Source: Candidatus Bathyarchaeota archaeon
GTDB taxonomy: Archaea; Thermoproteota; Bathyarchaeia; Bathyarchaeales; Bathycorpusculaceae
Direction of reading: 5' to 3'
Length of the DNA stretch: 64,000 nucleotides
Assembly (NCBI GenBank): GCA_963768425.1
Contig: CAVYHV010000008.1
Coordinates: 128,001 to 192,000 of the forward strand
Shown here: one piece after another, positions 28,554-38,264 of the stretch
Numbering within the stretch: the first letter of the stretch is position 1
Layout of the letters: each line of letters begins with the position of its first letter
Translations under genes and position numbers: made by a program
Notes under the pieces: model-generated
Databases searched by the model: none
Told to the model about the DNA's origin: nothing
Seen by the model: the letters and a program-made list of their open reading frames with translations, nothing else

Positions 28554-28967
28554 GCATACGAGTGGTTTTTTGGATGATGTTCACCGATGGCAAGGTGGGC
28601 AAGCGAGATAGGGGTCTCAGTTACCAAGCGGTTGTGGCTTCAAGATGTAACAACATCATCTTATATTCTATTTCTGTGTAAAATGATTTGAGCGAGAAAG
28701 GAAAAAGCAAGGGATTGCCAACAAACAGTTGGGCGGTCCGGCTGGTAACAAGGTGATGAGGCGTCTTTGCCCAATCAATTTTTGCTTCTCCCCTGTTAAC
28801 GCTTGGCTTGACCTCCTAACGCTACTTTTACCCCACCAAACTAAACTTGTTGAATAAGTGTTTTGCGAGCAATTTTTAATTTCGGTTTTGTCTTCTGAGC
28901 AACCACTTGGTAAAAAAGAATGTTTTTATTAGAATTGATACAATAGCTCCTTTCATCGGTGACATTA

Positions 28968-29909
28968 ATGGGTAAAGGTTCGGGTTACGGCAAAGTGATT
29001 TTGTTGGGTGAACACTTCGTTGTTCATGGTGCTCCCGGAATCGTCTCCGCGATTGACTCCACAACCGACGCTGAAGTCAAAAAGGCTGTCAAAGGTATCA
29101 ACATCCGGGACGAACGGAAAACCGCTAAGGGCTACAGTGAAGAAAAACGTCTCCAACAAATCGAATCAATCGAGAGAATGCTAAAAACCATGGGCATCGA
29201 CTCCAAAATCGGACTTGACATATGGATTGGCGGGACTCTTCCAGGCTTTAGTGGGCTAGGCGCTTCAGCGGCAAGCAGCGTCGCCATCGCAAGAGCCATA
29301 GCACAGGAACTCGGAATGCTAGTTTCCGACGAAAAAATTAACCAGGTCGCCTACGAAGCAGAGAAAGCTTACGCTGGTAACCCTTCAGGCATCGACAACA
29401 CTGCTGCAACTTACGGTGGTTTGATGTGGTTCAAAAAAGACGTGGCGGGTGGACCAGACAAGATTGAAAAACTGCATGTACGTAGACCAATTGAAATAGT
29501 CATCGGCAGCACAGGCAAGGTTGCGAATACCAAAGCTATGGTGGAAGGCGTTGCTGAACGCAAAAAGAAAAACCCAGCGAAATATGACCCAATTTTTAAG
29601 CAAGCTGAAAACCTGGCGGTTGCAGGACGGAAAGCGCTCGAAGCTTATGACCTTAAAAAAGTCGGTGACCTCATGAATGAAAACCATCGTTTGCTCCAAG
29701 AAATTGGCGTATCCAGCAAAGACCTCGACATGCTTGTTGATTTGGCACGGAAACAGGGTGCCTTCGGCGCGAAACTCACTGGAGGAGGCGGCGGCGGATG
29801 CATGGTTGCGTTAACTCCTGGAAAAGAGTTGCAGGGCAAAGTTCTAAGCTCCATTAAAAGCTTAGGTTTTGAAGTGCTCAGCACAAAGATCGGCGCTGAA
29901 AGGTATTAG
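28968..29909 (+). CDS. mvk: Mevalonate kinase
   Basis: GKVILLGEHFVVHG, GHMP loop GLGASAA, NPSGIDN, GAKLTGGGGGGC. Confidence 0.95.
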   Translation: MGKGSGYGKVILLGEHFVVHGAPGIVSAIDSTTDAEVKKAVKGINIRDERKTAKGYSEEKRLQQIESIERMLKTMGIDSKIGLDIWIGGTLPGFSGLGASAASSVAIARAIAQELGMLVSDEKINQVAYEAEKAYAGNPSGIDNTAATYGGLMWFKKDVAGGPDKIEKLHVRRPIEIVIGSTGKVANTKAMVEGVAERKKKNPAKYDPIFKQAENLAVAGRKALEAYDLKKVGDLMNENHRLLQEIGVSSKDLDMLVDLARKQGAFGAKLTGGGGGGCMVALTPGKELQGKVLSSIKSLGFEVLSTKIGAERY

Positions 29910-29914
29910 GGTGG

Positions 29915-31231
29915 ATGGCCAAGTTGGGTTTAAGAAGTTTCATCGAAGTGCTCGACAAAAACGGCGAATTAACACGAATAACCAAGCCGGTTTCCGCCGA
30001 GTACGAGTTAGCAGGCATAATTGAGGCTTTGCGTGAGAAGCCTGTGTATTTTGAGAAAGTTAAAGAGTCAATGTACCCTGTTGTTGCAGGGCTTGTTTCA
30101 TCTAAAGAGTTTATCGCGAGGTCGCTTGGTGTGCAGAAAGACAAGTTACTACCCAAATTATCAGGCGCGATCGAACATCCAGAGCCGCCACAAATCATCA
30201 AAAGGGGAGCATGCCAAGAGGTCGTGGAAACAGACGTCGACTTATGCAAGCTCCCCATAATGCGTTACACCGAAAAAGACGGCGGAAAATACATCGCGTC
30301 AGCTGTAACAATCATCAAAGACCCTCAATTAGGCAGAAACATGTGTTTCCATCGCCTCATGCTTAAAGACAAGGACCATTTTGTCGCCCGCATCGTTGAA
30401 GAACGCGGAACTGACACTGCGCTCAAAAAATCTGGCGGCGAACTCGACGTAGCCATCTGCATCGGCAGCTCGACCGCTGTTCTACTTTCTGCTGCAACCT
30501 CGATGCCTAAAGGAGTGGATGAATTGGGAATGTCGAACGCACTGGAGAAAACCGAACTTGTCAAGTGCAGAACGGTTGATTTGGAAGTGCCAGCGGACTG
30601 CGAGTTTGTTCTTGAAGGACGAATCACAAAAGAGAGGGCTACTGAAGGACCATTCTTGGATTTGACGGGCGTGGTTGACCGGATACGTCAGCAGCCAGTT
30701 GTCGAAATCAAATGCGTTACGCACCGCAAGAACCCTATTTATCAGACGATTCTCGCTGGCAAAAACGAGCACAAATTTCTCATGGGCATGCCAAAGGAAC
30801 CGACCATCTACCATGAAGTCAATAAGGTTTGTCAATGTAAAGACGTCTACATCACGCCTGGCGGATGTAGTTGGCTCCACGCCGTCGTGCAGATTAAGAA
30901 GCAGAATGCTGATGACGGCAAAAAAGCAATAGCAGCCGCTTTCGAAGGCCACAAATCGCTAAAACACGTGGTTGTCGTCGACGAAGACATTAACATTTAT
31001 GACTCCAACGAGGTGGAGTGGGCGATTGCGACAAGGTTCCAAGCTGACAAAAACACAGTTATCTTGTCAAACCAACCTGGGTCATCACTTGACCCGTCAG
31101 GCGACTTGAGTGAAGGCAAGAAAGCAACCACAGCCAAAGCAGGGTTAGACGCGACCATACCTCTCGTGACAACTGGGAAAGGCTTCAAGAAAGAAGAATA
31201 TGATAAAGTGGACTTAAAAATGTACATGTGA
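29915..31231 (+). CDS. UbiD-family decarboxylase, probable trans-anhydromevalonate 5-phosphate decarboxylase
   Basis: DGGKYI, EGPFLDLTG, VVVVDEDINIYD..EVEWAIATRFQ; lies between mvk and the aconitase X genes. Confidence 0.85.
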   Translation: MAKLGLRSFIEVLDKNGELTRITKPVSAEYELAGIIEALREKPVYFEKVKESMYPVVAGLVSSKEFIARSLGVQKDKLLPKLSGAIEHPEPPQIIKRGACQEVVETDVDLCKLPIMRYTEKDGGKYIASAVTIIKDPQLGRNMCFHRLMLKDKDHFVARIVEERGTDTALKKSGGELDVAICIGSSTAVLLSAATSMPKGVDELGMSNALEKTELVKCRTVDLEVPADCEFVLEGRITKERATEGPFLDLTGVVDRIRQQPVVEIKCVTHRKNPIYQTILAGKNEHKFLMGMPKEPTIYHEVNKVCQCKDVYITPGGCSWLHAVVQIKKQNADDGKKAIAAAFEGHKSLKHVVVVDEDINIYDSNEVEWAIATRFQADKNTVILSNQPGSSLDPSGDLSEGKKATTAKAGLDATIPLVTTGKGFKKEEYDKVDLKMYM

Positions 31232-31236
31232 TATTC

Positions 31237-32436
31237 ATGCGGTTGACTAAGCAGGAACAGAAAATGCTTGAAGGCGCCGAAGGTTATGCTGTGCGGAAAA
31301 GCATGGAAATCCTCGTTGCTTTAGGGGAAATTTACGGCGCAGAAAGTCTCATCGAGGTGGGCAGCGTCCAGGTGTCAGGTGTATCATACAACAACCTCGG
31401 CGACGCTGGGCTAGAATTTCTCGATGAACTGGCAAGGGACGGCAAAGTGCGAGTTCTTACAACTCTTAACCCAGCAGGCATGGATCTTGAAAACTGGCGC
31501 AATCTTGGCATCAGCGCAGAATTCGCTGAAAAACAAAACCTCGTCATAAAAGCCTTTGAGAAAATGGGGATACTTGTCAGCTGCACATGCACGCCCTACC
31601 TGATAGGTAACCTGCCACTTTTTGGCGAACACATAGCGTGGTCAGAAAGCTCAGCAGTCACGTTTGCGAACTCGGTGATTGGCGCAAAGACAAACAAGGA
31701 AGGCGGACCTTCTGCTTTGGCAGCGGCGTTCGTGGGAAAGACGCCTTGTTACGGGCTTCATCTGGATAAGAATCGGGTTCCCGATGTACATGTGCATGTC
31801 AGGGCGAATTTGTCGAAGCTTTCTGATTGGGGCGCACTGGGCTACTCAATAGGAATGATGGCAGAAAACAAAATCCCTTACATAACAGGCATCAAGGCGA
31901 CGGATTTGGATGAGCTTAAATCGTTCTGTGCGTCGGTCGTGACCTACGGTGCCAAACCCCTCTTCTACATCAAGGGGATAACACCAGCGTCGGAGCAGCA
32001 AACAATCCCGAAAACAACTGTAATCATCGAGCAGGCAGACATTAAGAACGCATACGACAAAATCAACGACCAAGTAACTGACATAGAACTTGTCTGCGTC
32101 GGCTGCCCACACTGCTCAATCAACGAAATCTCCAAAGTCGCTGAGTTGGTCAAAGGCAAAAGAGTTGCGAAAGACACAGAGTTTTGGGTTGCAACTTCCA
32201 GAAGCGCCAAGCAGCTGGCGGACAAACGCGGGTACACAAGGGTTATTGAGGCGGCAGGGGGCAAATTCGCTTGCGACACATGCATGGCTGTGGCTCCCCT
32301 TAAGGGCAGGTTTAAGTCGTTGGCGACAACTTCAGCGAAAGGCTGTTTCTACTCGAGGCAGAATCTTATGAAAACCAAGATGGGAAGCATCGAAGAATGC
32401 GTGCAAGCAGCGGTGACTGGGAAATGGAACAGTTGA
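31237..32436 (+). CDS. Aconitase X catalytic subunit, probable phosphomevalonate dehydratase large subunit
   Basis: GVSYNNLGDAG, TTLNP, CTCTPY, WSESSA..FANSVIGAKTN, GCPH, DTCM, TTSAKG. Confidence 0.9.
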   Translation: MRLTKQEQKMLEGAEGYAVRKSMEILVALGEIYGAESLIEVGSVQVSGVSYNNLGDAGLEFLDELARDGKVRVLTTLNPAGMDLENWRNLGISAEFAEKQNLVIKAFEKMGILVSCTCTPYLIGNLPLFGEHIAWSESSAVTFANSVIGAKTNKEGGPSALAAAFVGKTPCYGLHLDKNRVPDVHVHVRANLSKLSDWGALGYSIGMMAENKIPYITGIKATDLDELKSFCASVVTYGAKPLFYIKGITPASEQQTIPKTTVIIEQADIKNAYDKINDQVTDIELVCVGCPHCSINEISKVAELVKGKRVAKDTEFWVATSRSAKQLADKRGYTRVIEAAGGKFACDTCMAVAPLKGRFKSLATTSAKGCFYSRQNLMKTKMGSIEECVQAAVTGKWNS

Positions 32437-32810
32437 AAGGCAGAGTAATCTACAAGGGCAAAGTGCAGGGAGAAGCACTCGTGACCAGCCAATCTATCTC
32501 TTTCTATGGCGGAGTCGACCCAACAACAGGCACAATCATCGAGAAAGGGCATGAGCTGCAAGGGCAAAGTGTCAAAGGCAAAATCCTCGTGTTTCCAACT
32601 GGCAAAGGCTCAACTGTTGGCTCATACACCCTTTACCGAATGAAAAAGAACGGCGCCGCACCTTCAGGCATGATCAACAAAGAATGCGAAACAGTGGTTG
32701 CGGTCGGGGTCATCATCAGCGAAATCCCTTGTGTCGACAAAATTGACGTATCTAAAATCAAAACAGGCGACAAAATCCTAATAGAAAACGATATCATAAG
32801 CGTGTCATAG
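32424..32810 (+). CDS. Aconitase X swivel (DUF126) subunit, probable phosphomevalonate dehydratase small subunit
   Basis: ISFYGGVDPTTG, H.L.G..V.GKILVFP.GKGSTVGSY. Confidence 0.92.
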   Translation: MEQLKGRVIYKGKVQGEALVTSQSISFYGGVDPTTGTIIEKGHELQGQSVKGKILVFPTGKGSTVGSYTLYRMKKNGAAPSGMINKECETVVAVGVIISEIPCVDKIDVSKIKTGDKILIENDIISVS

Positions 32811-32901
32811 AAACCTGCCCATATTTGGAGGCATTAACCCATTTTTGCGCAAGAATCATTTTCTTAAAAAAAGAGAAATCAAAGTGCGGTTTACTTTTTG
32901 T

Positions 32902-33573
32902 TCAGCTTTCCTTTTTTATTTGCCGCAAATGCAAGACAAAGTATGCAGATACGATCCCAATCCAAAGAAGAACCGATCCAAGGAAGAGCCGTTCAGTAAG
33001 CCCACCTACTCGAGAATTTAGGTGAGGAAACAGGAAAGGTAATCCAAACTCAATAACCCAAAGAACTATAACGATTATTGATAGTGGCATCGCGAGACGG
33101 TTTAGGTTTTGAAACTCCCGATTTCGCCCTAGTTTCTGCGAGATTGCAACTGTTCCGAATGCTCCACCGATGAAGGCGATGATGGCAACTACAAGGTGAA
33201 TCCCACCATGCCACGATACAGGCGTTGCTGGAACGTCAGTTGGGAACGCTGCTAACAAAACCGCTCCGACTGCCCACACACTAAACAGATACGTCCCAGT
33301 TCGAAATTGAGATCGAGTTACCCCGACCAAATCCAAGGTTCGAAGGAAAGCATAAATGAACAGGAGCGAAAGTACGGCGCGGTTGAGGAAATTTAGCGTC
33401 ATGATGAACCCGAACTTGCCTACTGCGAGGGCGCTTTCAGCCTGACTGATTGGACTGTAATGCGGCGGCAAAACCTGGGCAACCGCATCGAGAACTACAT
33501 AAAGGACAAGCCCAAAGATGACTGCCCAAAAAAACTTTGCAGAACCCGATTTCTCAATTTGGTTCATAATCAA
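32902..33573 (-). CDS. DUF998-like multi-pass membrane protein
   Basis: YSPISQAESALAVG, FPTD, IHLVVA, GGLTERL; about 6 hydrophobic segments. Confidence 0.75.
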   Translation of the reverse strand: MIMNQIEKSGSAKFFWAVIFGLVLYVVLDAVAQVLPPHYSPISQAESALAVGKFGFIMTLNFLNRAVLSLLFIYAFLRTLDLVGVTRSQFRTGTYLFSVWAVGAVLLAAFPTDVPATPVSWHGGIHLVVAIIAFIGGAFGTVAISQKLGRNREFQNLNRLAMPLSIIVIVLWVIEFGLPFLFPHLNSRVGGLTERLFLGSVLLWIGIVSAYFVLHLRQIKKES

Positions 33574-33683
33574 CCCTTAATCAAAAAAGCAGTTAAACTT
33601 ATTGCTCGCCTTTTTGGAGACGGTCATGTAGCCGTTATTAGTGGATCTGTTGCCCTTTCTAAGAAACAGGTGTCTTCAAGGTT

Positions 33684-34145
33684 TTAATCTATGGGTTTTG
33701 TCCATCCACCATTGCTGAACCTTGCTAGGCAGCCGAAGGGGAACGACAGCAACAGGTCGATTATGGCTATCGTTGGCGTAAACTGCAACTTGAAAGTTAC
33801 CTGCAAGACAAGGTTGAGGGTTGAGAACGCAAGTAAAAGGAAGATACCATTAAGCCAGAAGCCTACTTGCCAGCCTCGGGTTTTATGGAGGCTGTTGATC
33901 AAGGCTATGTTTACGGCTCCAAGTATGATCGGCTGTGCAAAATAGGTTATAGCTAGGAGAAACGCGAAGCCCAGGGGAGGCATATAACTCATGAAAGAGT
34001 CTTGCGCACTGTAGAACCATGCTTGAATAACGATTAAAATAATGACGGTAATTAGACCTTGAAGGAACAGTTTTTCAGCTAGCCTCAGGTCTCTGAGGTG
34101 GTTAAGCACTTTGTTTTCACTTTGCGTTTTTTGCAATCCAGTCAC
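33684..34145 (-). CDS. Hypothetical membrane protein (about 4 TM)
   Basis: Hydrophobic helices; overlaps the end of the upstream GH-like gene by 29 nt. Confidence 0.65.
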   Translation of the reverse strand: MTGLQKTQSENKVLNHLRDLRLAEKLFLQGLITVIILIVIQAWFYSAQDSFMSYMPPLGFAFLLAITYFAQPIILGAVNIALINSLHKTRGWQVGFWLNGIFLLLAFSTLNLVLQVTFKLQFTPTIAIIDLLLSFPFGCLARFSNGGWTKPID

Positions 34146-35046
34146 CTACCGCTGTTTCTGTTGGGGTTCCGCGGATCCCGTAGTTGTCGTATGCGCTGTT
34201 CCAATAGACGATCCAGCAGCCTTTGAGCCCAATGCTTTTGAAAAGATTTAGTCCACTGATGATGTAGTTGGTTTGGGCTGCGCTGTCGGTTGTTGACATG
34301 CCGAACTCGGTTATTACCACATTTTTATGGGTAATTTCATGCAGGTTTTGGATGAAAAGGGGCGACAAAACAAGGAATGAATTCATGTAGACGTCTAACC
34401 CTACGAAGCTGAGTTTTTGGCTGAACTCGACTGGAATGTTGGTTCTCAGAACGTAGCCGATTCCGAAATTTGTATACAGCTCTGCAGAAAGGTGATGGGA
34501 TTCAACGGTTGCTAAAATGTTGTTGAACGTGGAGATTATTTCGTCATCCGTAAACAGTGCGCCGATGTCCCAGCTGGAGGATGTTTCAGGTTCATTCATG
34601 ATTTGGATGTAAGTCAAGTTTCCTCCCCAGTGGTCAATGTAGAAGTTAATGTCGTCGGTTGATTCATCGTTTGGTATGACCAGTGCAACGGCTAAACCGT
34701 AGTGGCTTGTTGCTTCGAAAAACATGTCTGTCTTCTGGTTTAGCGGATCAGTAGGGTACTGCGGGTCGCACTTAAAATTTATTCGTATGACTTTGAAGCC
34801 TAAATCATAAATCTGTGTAACTTGCCCGTATATATCGGTCAGGTTATCCTGCTCGTAAACGTAGTGTATGCCGACTTGGAAGGAGGAATTCGGGTTGCTG
34901 TGAGTCGACATATAATAGTCGTATGGATAGAAAAGCTCGATAAAGACGAACATAACGCATAGCGTAATAACAATGAGGTTTTTAATCAAGCTCTTGTTAG
35001 TAAAGCTGGTTAAACCTTGAACGAGGTTCGAAAGGGGCTTCCCCAT
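34117..35046 (-). CDS. Membrane-anchored clan GH-A-like glycoside hydrolase
   Basis: N-terminal TM; LGFKVIRI, QIMNEPE (acid/base), GLDVY, VVITEFG (nucleophile), IVYW. Confidence 0.7.
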   Translation of the reverse strand: MGKPLSNLVQGLTSFTNKSLIKNLIVITLCVMFVFIELFYPYDYYMSTHSNPNSSFQVGIHYVYEQDNLTDIYGQVTQIYDLGFKVIRINFKCDPQYPTDPLNQKTDMFFEATSHYGLAVALVIPNDESTDDINFYIDHWGGNLTYIQIMNEPETSSSWDIGALFTDDEIISTFNNILATVESHHLSAELYTNFGIGYVLRTNIPVEFSQKLSFVGLDVYMNSFLVLSPLFIQNLHEITHKNVVITEFGMSTTDSAAQTNYIISGLNLFKSIGLKGCWIVYWNSAYDNYGIRGTPTETAVGDWIAKNAK

Positions 35047-35822
35047 GGCTTATGTTGTCTCTGTATCGCCTTTTAAGTTTTAATTAACCAAAAGCAAAAA
35101 ACCAGTCAAGGAAAAGCTGATCAGCCGGGGTTTCGGGAAAAGTAATTAATTTATTAAATGTTTTTTCCAACTTTTTGAGTAACCATCAAGTTGGATGTCA
35201 AGCGTAAACAAGTCAAACATAGCTTCTACTGTTCATGCGAGAAACTTGAACCTGAGCTAACTTAGTTTTGGCAGCATCAAACCTTTTCCAAGCTTGTGCG
35301 TTGTAGAAATATGGTTTTTTAGTGTGAATTGCAGTTTCATAATATTTTAGTTGTTTTTCATATGTAATACCTTTCTGATGTCAAATGAAAAGAAAAAAGA
35401 AGATGTCTGAAACTAAATTGTCTGATGAAGAAGACTTAGTTTCATGGGTTGTCGAGGAAGTATTGATAAAGCACTCGACTAAACTCGACTAAGGCTAAAA
35501 CTGCCATAAGAGAAAGATAACCTCCTTATTGAAAAAACGGCTAAAGTCGTAATAAATGTCAAAAAGGTCAATAAGCTAAAGTGCTTTAAATCTAATTTCA
35601 CTACGCGACACGTTAAAATATCATTCTTTCTTAGCGGTGTGTGGCTTTGCATTGAAGTATTTTGGTTTATCTAGTATTTCTGCAAAAGTTTTCGTTAGGT
35701 GTCCCATTTCTCATATTTCCCCATATTGGATGTATATCGAAGAAACTAAACCAAAAACACGTACAATTATCCATTAAAGGTTTAAATAAAACTTTTCGAC
35801 CAGAAAGAAATAAGGATTAAGA

Positions 35823-36179
35823 ATGAAGGACAAAAAATTGGAAAAGATTCACTTTGCACTTGATGCACAGTTACCAATAGTCTTGTTTTCTAAAGTTGTT
35901 GAAACACTAGCCAAACTACCTAAAGAAGTTCAGAAATTCGTTGTTGAAAATGTTCAATTTATCGAAGGTCGCGCAAGCACAATTCGCAAAGAACAAATTA
36001 GTGAAAAACCCTTCCTTATTATTTTGCGAAATAATAATTCTGAATTCACTATCGCACATGAAGTTGCTCATGCATGGCTAAACCATGACGATAAAGAAGC
36101 AGATATTGACAATTCCATATCTGACAAAAATCAGAAAGAAGCAAATCAATTAGCTAAAAAGTGGTTAAAATCCTCATGA
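35823..36179 (+). CDS. Small HExxH zincin (ImmA/IrrE/M48-like) metallopeptidase
   Basis: FTIAHEVAHAWLNH...KEANQLAKKW; AT-rich codon usage. Confidence 0.65.
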   Translation: MKDKKLEKIHFALDAQLPIVLFSKVVETLAKLPKEVQKFVVENVQFIEGRASTIRKEQISEKPFLIILRNNNSEFTIAHEVAHAWLNHDDKEADIDNSISDKNQKEANQLAKKWLKSS

Positions 36180-36570
36180 ATCAACAAATCGGTTTCTCGA
36201 CTGCATGTTGATGGGTTAAGATCTTAAAGTCGTAACGATTAAGGGCTGTTTTTGGAATAACCGGAAACTTGGCAGAATTAAAGACTATATCCCGAAAGAA
36301 CTTTATGTTAAAAAGCACGGTATCGGTAAAAAGTCAAAGTTTCGTTTCATAATCAGGTCCATTAAAAATTAGATTATTGTTCGGTTTTAGGTAAAGTTTA
36401 AGTTCTGTTTGAAATAAAGTGAGATCGTCTCTAAAATGTACTCGATAGCCTTTTTTGAGAGAGTGCGGGAAAAACTTTGCATTTATCAATTAATCAAACT
36501 AAACGGAAAATTCTATCTAAAGAAGCCACTGACTTATACTTTAAGAGACTATGGCCCAAGAAGTGTCAGC

Positions 36571-38124
36571 ATGAAGCGCCTCACATGCATCCTCCTAATT
36601 GTGGCGATTCTGTTAAACGGGATATTTCTTGGACAGAAAACTCATGCGCAAATCCCTTCAAACGTGACAATAACCAGTAACACGGAATGGACAATAGCTC
36701 AAAGTCCAATAATTTTTAACGGAACCGTAATGGTGAACAGCAATGTCACCTTAACGATTGATCCCGGTGTAACAGTAAATTTGGAAACGTATGGTTTGAC
36801 GATATACGGTACGTTAACTGCTCAGGGCAACGTAAACAATCAAATCACATTTACATCTGCCACCATCAACGTGACTGAACAAACCGGTTCCCAGACCATA
36901 CAAGTCCTTCCAAGCGATCCGATCTATTTTGGACAAGAAAGCACTTCTTGGAACGCCGCAACAAACTCAGGGTCGATTATTCAAAACGCCGTCTTAAACG
37001 GAGTAAGCGTTAATTTGGACGGCTCATCGCCGGAAATAGACAGTTGCGTTTTTAATTATGCAACACCCTATGAGCCGACTATCAGCATCGGCGCGGGTTC
37101 ACCTCAAATATCCAACAACATCATAAACTACAACATCCAAAACTACGGTTACGGCGCCAACATCCTGAGCGTTTACGACGGGACCCCGCTCATAACCAAC
37201 AACCAGTTTGAAGGATCCTTCTCTGGCACAACAAATACAGGCATAGAAGTGAATTTGGGAGCCCCAACAATAGCCGGCAACACTTTCGCGGCACAATACT
37301 GCAACAACAGCGACGCTATAAGAGTAACTTCAGGTACCCCGCAGATAAGTAACAACCAGTTTGAAGGAAACGGATACCTCACAGGCATCTATGACTCCTC
37401 CAACTCTGCCTTCACCATTTTCAATAACATGTTTGCAAACTGCTTCACTGGAATCAGCGCTCAAGCTCCAAGCAACTTAATCGTTCAAGGCAACACTTTC
37501 TCGAAAGGAACTGATGGAATAGACATTTTCACTGGAGCATCACTGGCCATAACCGATAACTTGATTGATAGCAATTCGCGGTACGGAATCAACGGGGGCG
37601 GAACCATCGGTTCCAACACAATCACCAACAACCAAATAGGAATACACAATCCGTCAACAGGCATCATCAGCAACAACAACATAGTCGGCAACACCGAAAA
37701 CAGCATAACCGCCACTACCGCAAACATTGACGCGCAAAACAACTGGTGGGGAATAGCTGATACAGCCACAATTAACCGCACAATCTACGACACGAAAATC
37801 GATCCCCACCTCGGGACAGTCCTGTTTGTTCCATTTTTGACTCAACCGAATTTATCGGCGCCAGCCATCCCAAGCGGAACACCAACAATTACACCCGTTC
37901 CGAAAACGCAGGCTCAAACACCACAGCCAACTGCAGAACCCATTTTTACACCGACGTCTACGCCGGATCAATACTCCCAGACGTTCGCTTACCAGGTAGG
38001 CGATATCATAAACCTTAATCTAATAACCACCGCCACAGCGGTCGTGTTAGTCGTCGCATGGGTGATTGTTATTTTAGGGTACGCAACAAAAAGTGTCATT
38101 TCGAAAAATAAGGCTAGGAAATAA
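36571..38124 (+). CDS. Secreted right-handed parallel beta-helix (NosD/pectin-lyase-like) surface protein
   Basis: Signal peptide MKRLTCILLIVAILL, VTLTIDPGV, many I.NN.I/F repeats, NNWWG, Pro/Thr linker, C-terminal TM and basic tail. Confidence 0.85.
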   Translation: MKRLTCILLIVAILLNGIFLGQKTHAQIPSNVTITSNTEWTIAQSPIIFNGTVMVNSNVTLTIDPGVTVNLETYGLTIYGTLTAQGNVNNQITFTSATINVTEQTGSQTIQVLPSDPIYFGQESTSWNAATNSGSIIQNAVLNGVSVNLDGSSPEIDSCVFNYATPYEPTISIGAGSPQISNNIINYNIQNYGYGANILSVYDGTPLITNNQFEGSFSGTTNTGIEVNLGAPTIAGNTFAAQYCNNSDAIRVTSGTPQISNNQFEGNGYLTGIYDSSNSAFTIFNNMFANCFTGISAQAPSNLIVQGNTFSKGTDGIDIFTGASLAITDNLIDSNSRYGINGGGTIGSNTITNNQIGIHNPSTGIISNNNIVGNTENSITATTANIDAQNNWWGIADTATINRTIYDTKIDPHLGTVLFVPFLTQPNLSAPAIPSGTPTITPVPKTQAQTPQPTAEPIFTPTSTPDQYSQTFAYQVGDIINLNLITTATAVVLVVAWVIVILGYATKSVISKNKARK

Positions 38125-38264
38125 AGAACCCATTTTTCGCCTTTATATTTGCGCAGAAAATCAAAGTTGGCCCTTTTTTGCTACGGCGAAAGAGGTGTCC
38201 TTTTTTGTTCTCGGTAATGCTTTTCAATAAGTGATTTAATACTTCATGTAAAGGTGTATGATAA

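Noticed and set aside
35385-35492. 35-aa ORF MKRKKKMSETKLSDEEDLVSWVVEEVLIKHSTKLD ending in a 10-bp tandem duplication
   Set aside because: No SD or recognisable family; could be a gene remnant but is not supportable.
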